Positions 51,003 through 57,233 of a DNA stretch of 64,000 nucleotides are shown piece by piece; positions within the stretch are counted from its first letter, which is position 1, and every line of letters begins with the position of its first letter. The notes beneath the pieces are model-generated. The model saw nothing but the letters and a program-made list of their open reading frames with translations, was not told the origin of the DNA and did no database searches. This DNA comes from a virus, in the IMG/VR virus record IMGVR_UViG_3300045988_159773; one strand, written 5' to 3'. Position numbers and translations under genes: made by a program.

Positions 51003-51466
51003 TTCAACCCCTCCAGCATCACCAGCAGAGCATCGAGGTCGTCCGCAATAAGGTCATACGAGCTCTCCGTGGTAATGCGTATTGGTCTACGAGCCGCCTT
51101 GTTCTCGATGACCTTGCTGTCGCTTGCATACACGAACTTTGGAGTGGACGAGTGAAAGTACACCACCACTCCGTAATGCCCGACGTGGGCGAATTGTGCC
51201 GATTCCTCGAAGTGCTCTAACTGACGGAACGCCGCGCACGAAAACCTCTCATCAGTCGTTGCTTTACATTCGAGTAGAGCTGTGAAGTGCTGGTCGAGGA
51301 CGATGAAGTCGCAAGGGTTAGAAACCCCCTTCCACGACCGTATTGTATGCAAACGCCAGAACTTGCAAGCTCTATGGGAAAGGGCGTCCCGCATCGAATT
51401 CTCGAGCAACGCCCCCAAATCGTTTGATTTTATTGGGCGTTCGCCAATCACTCGACTACTTCCCAT
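50999..51466 (-). CDS. RecU-like Holliday junction resolvase / PD-(D/E)XK nuclease
   Basis: 155 aa. ...SNPCDFIVLDQHFTALLECKAT... (D...E.K core). Confidence 0.5.
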   Translation of the reverse strand: MGSSRVIGERPIKSNDLGALLENSMRDALSHRACKFWRLHTIRSWKGVSNPCDFIVLDQHFTALLECKATTDERFSCAAFRQLEHFEESAQFAHVGHYGVVVYFHSSTPKFVYASDSKVIENKAARRPIRITTESSYDLIADDLDALLVMLEGLK

Positions 51467-51660
51467 CTGTCGCTGAACAGCTCAATCATGGTCTCTTTCC
51501 ATGGAACGCGACCGAAACGACTCTCCACATAGAGATACGGCGCGGTCATCTTGCTGTGTTCGTCGGGATACTGTGCACGAATCACCACATCAGGTGACCA
51601 CTGCGGCAACCGCATTCCCTTTCCCTTCTTTACCTGCTCAAAAGCGTCTCCGAAAACCAT
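51448..51660 (-). CDS. DUF2829 family protein (Tad2-like, candidate anti-Thoeris sponge)
   Basis: 70 aa. MVFGDAFEQVKKGKGMRLPQWSPDVVIRAQ...SKMTAPYLYVESRFGRVPWKETMIELFSDRWEVV fits the DUF2829 pattern (F..A...lk.Gk...R..W...; ...PW....dlla.DWe.v). Confidence 0.55.
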   Translation of the reverse strand: MVFGDAFEQVKKGKGMRLPQWSPDVVIRAQYPDEHSKMTAPYLYVESRFGRVPWKETMIELFSDRWEVVE

Positions 51661-51675
51661 AAGTCCTCCTTAATA

Positions 51676-52134
51676 TTAACCCCCAAACACCGAAACAACA
51701 TCAGTTATTCTCAACGGCTGAGGATAAACTCCACTTCCAGATGCATTAAGCATCACATTTGCTAATTTTGTTGCTCCTGTAATGCCTTGCAAAAACAATC
51801 GATTATTGTAAACCTTTACTTCAAAGAACACCGCAACATCAGAATCATTTTCTGTTCTTCCATACGCGATCCCCAAAATAGGCGCATAATCTGAATAAAG
51901 GCTCGACAGCACAGTGCCAAGTGTGCTAAAATCAGTTGCTGCGGTCGACACCTTACTCAGCACAGAAAACGACGTTGTTCTATAACTTCCACTGCCAGTG
52001 TAATCGATATTTATCGACACATTGTGCACATAAAGGGTCAACCCACCCCCGCCTCCTGGCGGCGGGTTGTCTACCGAGTATGGTTCCTCAGTAAGCCCCC
52101 TAGTTGTGAATTCGAGTTCCCTTCTTGTCTTCAT
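51676..52134 (-). CDS. hypothetical protein, paralog A
   Basis: 152 aa; ATG after TAGGAGGTCTTT. N-terminus MKTRRELEFTTRGLTEEPYSVDNPP is paralogous to 52144..52542. Confidence 0.6.
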   Translation of the reverse strand: MKTRRELEFTTRGLTEEPYSVDNPPPGGGGGLTLYVHNVSINIDYTGSGSYRTTSFSVLSKVSTAATDFSTLGTVLSSLYSDYAPILGIAYGRTENDSDVAVFFEVKVYNNRLFLQGITGATKLANVMLNASGSGVYPQPLRITDVVSVFGG

Positions 52135-52143
52135 AAAGACCTC

Positions 52144-52542
52144 CTAAAATGCTTCATACAGTATAATATCTCCGTTCGCCACGCCGAAACCAGATACAAA
52201 CTCAACCTGAAGTGTACTCCCGTCCCACTCTATATTAAGCTGTATACCCATCCAAAACTCAACATTGAGGTAGTTTAATCCAAGGCTTTGACCTTCTGCT
52301 GTACTGTCGAGCGTAAACTCGCGCACCACAGCTGCCCCACTATCTGTTAAACCTACGATTCTAAAAAGCACCCTAACCTTATCTAAATGCTCTCCTACAT
52401 CGATTCGAAAGTTCTTTAAATCCTCTATGGATTCGCTCAACAACGCACGGAGCAGTCTCGCGCGGGGTGGATTGCTCAATGTATAGGCTTCTTCAGTAAG
52501 CCCCCCCATAGATGTCCCTTCAATGGTTCTTCGTGTTTTCAT
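52144..52542 (-). CDS. hypothetical protein, paralog B
   Basis: ORF 52144..52632, but its first 30 codons overlap tRNA-Pro. ATG 52542 follows GGAGGAACTGAT. MKTRRTIEGTSMGGLTEEAYTLSNPP. Confidence 0.6.
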   Translation of the reverse strand: MKTRRTIEGTSMGGLTEEAYTLSNPPRARLLRALLSESIEDLKNFRIDVGEHLDKVRVLFRIVGLTDSGAAVVREFTLDSTAEGQSLGLNYLNVEFWMGIQLNIEWDGSTLQVEFVSGFGVANGDIILYEAF

Positions 52543-52559
52543 ATCAGTTCCTCCGATAT

Positions 52560-52569
52560 TTAAGATAAC
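52560..52569 (-). promoter_or_regulatory. late-promoter-like motif (GTTATCTTAA)
   Basis: Minus strand ACCACTGTTATCTTAAATATCGGAGGAACTGATATG, two nt after the tRNA CCA end. Confidence 0.4.
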
Positions 52570-52571
52570 AG

Positions 52572-52647
52572 TGGTCGGGGTGACAGGATTCGAACCTGCG
52601 ACATCGTGGTCCCAAACCACGCGCTCTACCATCTGCGCTACACCCCG
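52572..52647 (-). tRNA. tRNA-Pro (anticodon UGG), CCA encoded
   Basis: 76 nt folded by hand: CGGGGTG-TA-GCGC-AGATGGTA-GAGC-G-CGTGG-TTTGGGA-CCACG-ATGTC-GCAGG-TTCGAAT-CCTGT-CACCCCG-A-CCA. Canonical T-loop, U33, anticodon TGG. Confidence 0.9.
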
Positions 52648-52652
52648 AAATA

Positions 52653-52727
52653 TAGAACGCCTTCTAGAGGTTTAAGCTCTAAAGATACCTCATAACTTTA
52701 AAAGCCCTGGATTGTTCCAGCGTTCTA
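52653..52727 (-). other. 75-nt structured spacer closed by an 8-bp stem (TAGAACGC/GCGTTCTA)
   Basis: Fills the gap between the tmRNA-TLD-like RNA and tRNA-Pro. Internal hairpins TGGA-ACAA-TCCA and TTTAGAG-CTTAAAC-CTCTAGA. Confidence 0.4.
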
Positions 52728-52728
52728 C

Positions 52729-52810
52729 TGGTGGAGTCGGCGGGTACCGCCCCCGCGTCCGACAACCTCCATTTGTTGGTCTAGCTGCCGTCGAATCTTT
52801 TCACAACCCC
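52729..52810 (-). ncRNA. tmRNA tRNA-like-domain (TLD)-only RNA, 82 nt, CCA encoded
   Basis: GGGGTTGTGAAAAGATTCGACGG...GGACGCGGG-GGCGGTA-CCCGCC-GACTCC-ACCA. Compare E. coli ssrA ends GGGGCUGAUUCUGGAUUCGACGG and GGACGCGGGUUCAACUCCCGCCAGCUCCACCA. G3:U70 and A73 present. Only 27 nt (a capped GACCAAC/GTTGTC hairpin) lies between the halves. Confidence 0.6.
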
Positions 52811-52821
52811 TTACATATGTA

Positions 52822-53484
52822 CTATACAAGTTTTCTTCCTCTTTCAAAGCCCGCAGGAAAATTTCCCATAGAATCACTCCACAACTTATTAGAAGTGCCG
52901 TCAGTAATCCAATATTTCCCATACATACCATTCCTGCTACCCGAATGAGACTCTGACATCTTCTTCCTCGATTCTTCGGAAAACACAAAACCAGTAGTCC
53001 CTCTTGTCCTTATTTTGTTCCCGTCCTTATCACAAAAACAGCGAGAACGTTCCTCATCAGTCATCTCCCTTGCCTTCTTTTGATTAGCCTCTTTTAACCT
53101 CTGCAAAATCCGCTTCCTATATTCTGGGTCATTTTTCATTCTCAAATTGTGAGCAGAAAACGCCTTGCCGCCACCTTTGCCACTCCTGTTAATAACATCC
53201 CAAGAACCTCCACCATCATGCATATTCGTGCAATTTGGAAACTTCTTACCCTCAGCAATAAAATGTATTTCAAGAGCATTCAGCTCCTCTTCTGAGTATG
53301 CCCACGCGAGAATATCTCTTCTCAAACCAGCAGTGCCGTGCTTCTCAATATAATCAAAAACAAACTTGCCCGAACCAAAGTAAGATTCCACAACTATTGA
53401 ACTTTTCTTTCTGCCTATATAAAACCGCTCGCCGTAAGTTTTTGAGGGAATATATGTCTTATAAATATATCCATAACGCTCCAT
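52822..53484 (-). CDS. GIY-YIG homing endonuclease (with NUMOD3-like repeats)
   Basis: ORF 52822..53499. ATG 53484 (MERYGYIYKTY...ERFYIGRK) follows GTTATGTTAACT. ...GFVFSEESRKKMSESHSGSRNGMYGK. Sits between two tRNA-like genes. Confidence 0.8.
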   Translation of the reverse strand: MERYGYIYKTYIPSKTYGERFYIGRKKSSIVVESYFGSGKFVFDYIEKHGTAGLRRDILAWAYSEEELNALEIHFIAEGKKFPNCTNMHDGGGSWDVINRSGKGGGKAFSAHNLRMKNDPEYRKRILQRLKEANQKKAREMTDEERSRCFCDKDGNKIRTRGTTGFVFSEESRKKMSESHSGSRNGMYGKYWITDGTSNKLWSDSMGNFPAGFERGRKLV

Positions 53485-53486
53485 AG

Positions 53487-53496
53487 TTAACATAAC
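53487..53496 (-). promoter_or_regulatory. late-promoter-like motif (GTTATGTTAA), 2 nt from ATG
   Basis: Minus strand CTCTATGGTTATGTTAACTATGGAG; same spacing as at 29524 and 6401. Confidence 0.35.
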
Positions 53497-53522
53497 CATA
53501 GAGCGTCATAGAATTGAACTAT

Positions 53523-53601
53523 TGGTGGAGTGAGCTGGACTTTAACCAACAACAGTCTCGCGCAATCGCGGCGACTATTTTCACCGTTAAACTATCACCC
53601 C
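53523..53601 (-). ncRNA. alanine-identity tRNA-like RNA (79 nt) without a canonical anticodon loop, CCA encoded
   Basis: GGGGTGA-TA-GTTT-AACGGTGA-AAAT-AGTCGCCGCGATTGCGCGAGACT-GTT-GTTGG-TTAAAGT-CCAGC-TCACTCC-A-CCA. 7-bp acceptor stem with G3:U70, A73, D-arm and T-arm. The anticodon arm is replaced by a 23-nt hairpin (AGTC..CGCG-ATTG-CGCG..GACT). Confidence 0.5.
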
Positions 53602-53814
53602 ATAAATACGATGCCGCCAGCGTTTATCGGCTTACGTAGCCTCTCCACTATAAGAGGTCGTAGCTGGCTAAGGGTTATTTGCCTTGCTTTCGCCGACATC
53701 GTTTGGTAGGCGTGTGCGGGATTACCACGCCCTCGGAACGGATAACTGCGACATCCCCGTCCCCATACGTCCGCTCCCGTCCAGCGAACGATAACACGAG
53801 CTCAATCGCTCGTC
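53602..53814 (-). ncRNA. ORF-free, GC-rich structured leader RNA upstream of the tRNA-like gene
   Basis: No ORF longer than 14 codons. Hairpins ACGAGC/GCTCGT, CGTTCGCT-GGACGGG-AGCGGACG, GGCGTG-(11)-CACGCC followed by UACCA, CCTCT/AGAGG, and a GAAA tetraloop. Begins about 7 nt after a TATAAT. Confidence 0.4.
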
Positions 53815-53820
53815 ATTATC

Positions 53821-53828
53821 ATTATACA
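53821..53828 (-). promoter_or_regulatory. -10 element TGTATAAT driving the RNA locus
   Basis: Minus strand TAAATTCTGTATAATGATAATGACG, immediately after the stop of 53833..54180. Confidence 0.4.
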
Positions 53829-53832
53829 GAAT

Positions 53833-54180
53833 TTAGACCTCACCTCGAGAAACTGCCAACAAAAATTTGAAAGTCTTTTCATCCATTGCGTAGTAGTTTT
53901 GCCCATCCCCGAAAGAGAAACAGACAGCCGCATACGATTTGAGCATCTGCGCTCTTTCCTCTTCCACCTTATCAAACCACTCTTTATGTATGGTCATGGA
54001 CTCGTGAGGGGTAACCTTTGTCTTGCACTCAATCACCCACTCATCTACTAAAACATCATATTTATTAAAGTTTCCGCCTCCGCTTTGAATATCATTTGTA
54101 CCGCCCAACGACTTGGCAACAGCCTTCTCTTGTAACTTTGAATAAAAACGTGTCGGTCTGTTTTCCTTTTCAATCTTCAT
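53833..54180 (-). CDS. Hjc-like Holliday junction resolvase / PD-(D/E)XK nuclease
   Basis: 115 aa. EKAVAKSLGGTNDIQSGGGNFNKYDVLVDEWVIECKTK (E...D...E.K arrangement as in archaeal-type resolvases). Confidence 0.5.
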   Translation of the reverse strand: MKIEKENRPTRFYSKLQEKAVAKSLGGTNDIQSGGGNFNKYDVLVDEWVIECKTKVTPHESMTIHKEWFDKVEEERAQMLKSYAAVCFSFGDGQNYYAMDEKTFKFLLAVSRGEV

Positions 54181-55024
54181 CGTGCCTCACTCTCCACTTA
54201 CCCTTACAATCTTCACATCGTTCTTGCCAACGCCCATTACGTCCCTTGTGAGCAGTAAAGGTCTTCCCACATATTATACAAGAATCTTCGCGCACCCAGA
54301 CCGAACCACGTCCGAACTTCTCACGCTTTTCTTCGGGTGTCATTCTCGCATAAGTCGCTCGCATCTTTTCAATCCCCAATCTCCTGCCCTCTTCGGCACT
54401 CAAGCCACTCTGACGAGCCTGTACCACACCAGAGCGTCCTGGACGAGTAGCCCACCACCTTCGAACACCATCAGATATTTTAGCCCGTGCTTCGGCTGAA
54501 ACAACGCGACCAGAATTAGCATCGCTTATCTTTTTATTGATAGCCACACGCTCCTCATCCGACATCCTCTTGTGCTGCTCTATCGCTGCCATCCTCAATC
54601 GCTCGCGTACTTCTGGAGTCCTCGACCGTCTTGCTGATTCAGACATACGTGCACGAACTTCATCCGACACAACACGACCACGCAAACCATTGCTTATCTT
54701 CATCTTTGCCACATCCGAATGATGATTATTAAATCCATCAAATGCAGTCAAAGTATTATATCCAAACTCTGGCAAGTAAGACCTAAACACGTGATGCCAC
54801 TCGAACTCTTTTTGCCGCAACTCTTGAACAGAACACTCCTCCAACAACTCAAAAACAAAACAGCCAGAGCCAAACTCCTTCCATTCTTCCCTTAAATGAA
54901 CGTTGGGATGCGTCCCCAGCATTAAGTTGCTGACGTGACCATCCCAACGATGTAAAATATCTTTTGACTTCCCAATGTAAACCCGACCGTTAATTACATT
55001 CCAGATTCTATAAATTCCAACCAT
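54170..55024 (-). CDS. GIY-YIG homing endonuclease (NUMOD3-like repeats, C-terminal Zn cluster)
   Basis: ORF 54170..55093; ATG 55024 (MVGIYRIWNVINGRVYIGKS...) follows GTTATTGTACTT. Lies 16 nt downstream of the DNA polymerase stop. Confidence 0.8.
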   Translation of the reverse strand: MVGIYRIWNVINGRVYIGKSKDILHRWDGHVSNLMLGTHPNVHLREEWKEFGSGCFVFELLEECSVQELRQKEFEWHHVFRSYLPEFGYNTLTAFDGFNNHHSDVAKMKISNGLRGRVVSDEVRARMSESARRSRTPEVRERLRMAAIEQHKRMSDEERVAINKKISDANSGRVVSAEARAKISDGVRRWWATRPGRSGVVQARQSGLSAEEGRRLGIEKMRATYARMTPEEKREKFGRGSVWVREDSCIICGKTFTAHKGRNGRWQERCEDCKGKWRVRHDED

Positions 55025-55026
55025 AA

Positions 55027-55036
55027 GTACAATAAC
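55027..55036 (-). promoter_or_regulatory. late-promoter-like motif (GTTATTGTAC), 2 nt from ATG
   Basis: Minus strand GACGTTGTTATTGTACTTATGGTT. Confidence 0.35.
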
Positions 55037-55040
55037 AACG

Positions 55041-57233
55041 TCACGACTTCTGCCAGAACTCCATAACTTCGGGCTCGCACCAGATTTTTGCACGACCGAC
55101 CTCAGACCCGACCTCCGACATCACGTCCGCCATATACTTGCCGCCTTCCACCGCAAGCTCTTCGGGGAACTCCGCAATAAGCTCGTCGTGAACCTGTAAC
55201 AGAATCTGACCGTGATATTTCTCACGGAATACGGGGTCGCGGAACAAAGCAATCATACACACCTTCGTCTGGTCCGCCGCCGAACCCTGACAGTACTGGT
55301 TACATGTCTGGCGCAATTCGTCCGTCTGATTCCAACGGTTGTCGTAAACCTCGATTCCCTCCGCCCTTGCCTCGTCCAGACACGCGCGAATCTGGTTGTA
55401 ATATTTCAACTTGTTCAGCGTGTCAGCCACCTCGGGGTGGTCGGGGCAATCGAACGCAGGTCCGCCGAGATACTTAAAATACCTACGCCGACCGAGAACC
55501 GTCTCCATATACCCATACTTCGTGCCGAACTCCGCACAGTCTTCCTGGAACTTCTTGACGTAGGGGAATCCTGCGTAGAACTTTTCGAGGATTCTGTCGC
55601 ATTCCTCGACCGTGTAAACGTGGTCGGACGAATCGTTATTAAGGGATTCAGCCAGCGACTTTGAACCCATGCCGTAGGTCACGCCGAGAACGATGGACTT
55701 GCACCTGTTTCTCAAATGCTTGTGCTTTCCTTTCTTGGTACATTCCTCGTACGGCAAGTCCCAGATGATGGATGCCATCAGCGCGTAGTAGTCGCGACCA
55801 GAGTTTGCGCCTTCCAACATCCTTGGGTCTTGCGAGCCGCCAGCCAAAATCGCCTGTTCCTGCTGCGAGAAGTCGCACGACACCAACTTGTGACCTGGAC
55901 GAGCCACGAACCCGCGTCGGAACCTGTTGTCCTTCGGCTGGTTTTGCAGATTCGGTCCAGACGAGCTGAAACGACCTGTATCAGCCCCGATGGTGTGATA
56001 CGTCGTATGCACGATGGGTATTCCGTTTTCGTCGTCAATGGCGAAACCTGGTATCGCTTCCGTATACGTCGAAATAGATTTGGTCAGTTTGCGAATCTCA
56101 AGAATGAGTTTCGGAATAGGGTGGTGCATCTTCGCGAGGAATTCCTCGCCCGTCTGCCGCTTCTTCGACACGTCTGGCAAGCGCAAGCGGTCGAACAGAA
56201 CCTCGCCCACCTGCTTCGGCGAGTTCGGATTAAAGCCTGGGAAGTCGCGCTGAATCTCAGCCAACTTCGCATCAACCTCGCTCCGCAGAGCCGCAGTGAA
56301 CTGTGCATAGTATTCGCGGTCGATGGCGATGCCTTTCATCTCCATATCCATGACCACTTCGATAAGCGGCAGTTCCACATTCTTCATCAGTTTGTAAATG
56401 CGAGGAAAGTGCTCACGCATTTTCTTCTCCTGATACTTTCCGAGAATGTAGTGCTTGATTGCGTCCACGCCGCCGTAGATACCCACGACAGCGGGGTCGT
56501 ATTTCGAGAACTTCTGCTTGAATAAAGACTTGTAGTCGTAGAATTCCTCGTCGGGGTCGATGTATTTTATGTACTGCGGTTTCAGCGCGGCGAGGTCTCT
56601 GTTGTCCAACAGCCGCGCCCCGATTTCAGCGTCCCAGCACATCGGGATGTCAAACCCAGCCGCCGACGTCGCGTACTTGTGACCACGCGCCTCCACCTCA
56701 GCTGGGTCGCGCAAAAACTCATATTTCTTGCCCGCCCAGATTTTCATCTGCGAACGGTCAAACTTCGTGTTCATTCCCCAGTACTTCCGACCGCCGCCCG
56801 TCAGTATTTCCTTGAGCCTGTCAAGGTCACCCGTATAGTTCTGCCCTTTCTCGTGGAACAGCGGAACATAAATACAGTCCTTGTCATTGCCAATCGAAAA
56901 CCCGACCAGATTGTCGAACCATACGCTGTCTTTGCCGTTCGTCTCGGTGTCGAAACCAAGTTCGGGTCGCGCCACCATATACTCGATGAGCTCTTCCTCG
57001 GTCGTTACCAACTGATAACGCTTCTCATATTTGGCGAACAGCTGCTTGATGCGCTGCGCGACCTCAATAGAGTCGTCTGGAATTGCTTTTGCCTTCGGCG
57101 TCTTGACCGCTTTTGGCGCGGCTGTGACCCCCAAATCTGTGGTCACAGAGAACAGCTGCCCCGTCTTTTTTGGTTCGGCTGTCCCCGACTTCTCAGCCTT
57201 CTTCGTCGGCTGAACTGGATTCTTTATAAGCAT
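55041..57233 (-). CDS. family A DNA polymerase (Pol I-like, with 3'-5' exonuclease domain)
   Basis: 730 aa. GFDTETNG (Exo I), CDFSQQEQAILA (motif A), RNRCKSIVLGVTYGMG (motif B), LQVHDELI (motif C). Confidence 0.9.
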   Translation of the reverse strand: MLIKNPVQPTKKAEKSGTAEPKKTGQLFSVTTDLGVTAAPKAVKTPKAKAIPDDSIEVAQRIKQLFAKYEKRYQLVTTEEELIEYMVARPELGFDTETNGKDSVWFDNLVGFSIGNDKDCIYVPLFHEKGQNYTGDLDRLKEILTGGGRKYWGMNTKFDRSQMKIWAGKKYEFLRDPAEVEARGHKYATSAAGFDIPMCWDAEIGARLLDNRDLAALKPQYIKYIDPDEEFYDYKSLFKQKFSKYDPAVVGIYGGVDAIKHYILGKYQEKKMREHFPRIYKLMKNVELPLIEVVMDMEMKGIAIDREYYAQFTAALRSEVDAKLAEIQRDFPGFNPNSPKQVGEVLFDRLRLPDVSKKRQTGEEFLAKMHHPIPKLILEIRKLTKSISTYTEAIPGFAIDDENGIPIVHTTYHTIGADTGRFSSSGPNLQNQPKDNRFRRGFVARPGHKLVSCDFSQQEQAILAGGSQDPRMLEGANSGRDYYALMASIIWDLPYEECTKKGKHKHLRNRCKSIVLGVTYGMGSKSLAESLNNDSSDHVYTVEECDRILEKFYAGFPYVKKFQEDCAEFGTKYGYMETVLGRRRYFKYLGGPAFDCPDHPEVADTLNKLKYYNQIRACLDEARAEGIEVYDNRWNQTDELRQTCNQYCQGSAADQTKVCMIALFRDPVFREKYHGQILLQVHDELIAEFPEELAVEGGKYMADVMSEVGSEVGRAKIWCEPEVMEFWQKS

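Noticed and set aside
52543-52632. N-terminal 30 codons of ORF 52144..52632 (MVERVVWDHDVAGSNPVTPTT...)
   Set aside because: This stretch is the antisense/overlap translation of tRNA-Pro; SNPV comes from the T-arm GGTTCGAATCC. A good SD-ATG at 52542 starts a protein paralogous to the next gene.
53700-53740. Third tRNA-like minihelix: GGCGTG-11 nt-CACGCC followed by UACCA
   Set aside because: It is only a 6-bp hairpin with an 11-nt loop. It has no D-arm or T-arm equivalents, and the acceptor-type pairing fails after 3 bp. It is kept only as part of the structured leader.
52729-53830. A full-length or two-piece (permuted) tmRNA spanning the whole RNA locus
   Set aside because: - The 5' GGGG strand and 3' ...CTCCACCA strand of each unit pair with each other within 79-82 nt.
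- No upstream GGGG segment pairs with either 3' end.
- I found no tag-like reading frame ending in a hydrophobic Ala-rich C-terminus plus stop in the 210-nt leader.
52648-53832. Group I intron carrying the GIY-YIG ORF (structured RNA on both sides of an endonuclease gene)
   Set aside because: No split host gene is present. The upstream ORF 53833..54180 looks complete (Hjc-like, 115 aa with its own stop). Nothing downstream could be a second exon before tRNA-Pro. The flanking structures resolve into self-contained tRNA-like units with encoded CCA ends. I saw no P7/P3/G-binding-site core.
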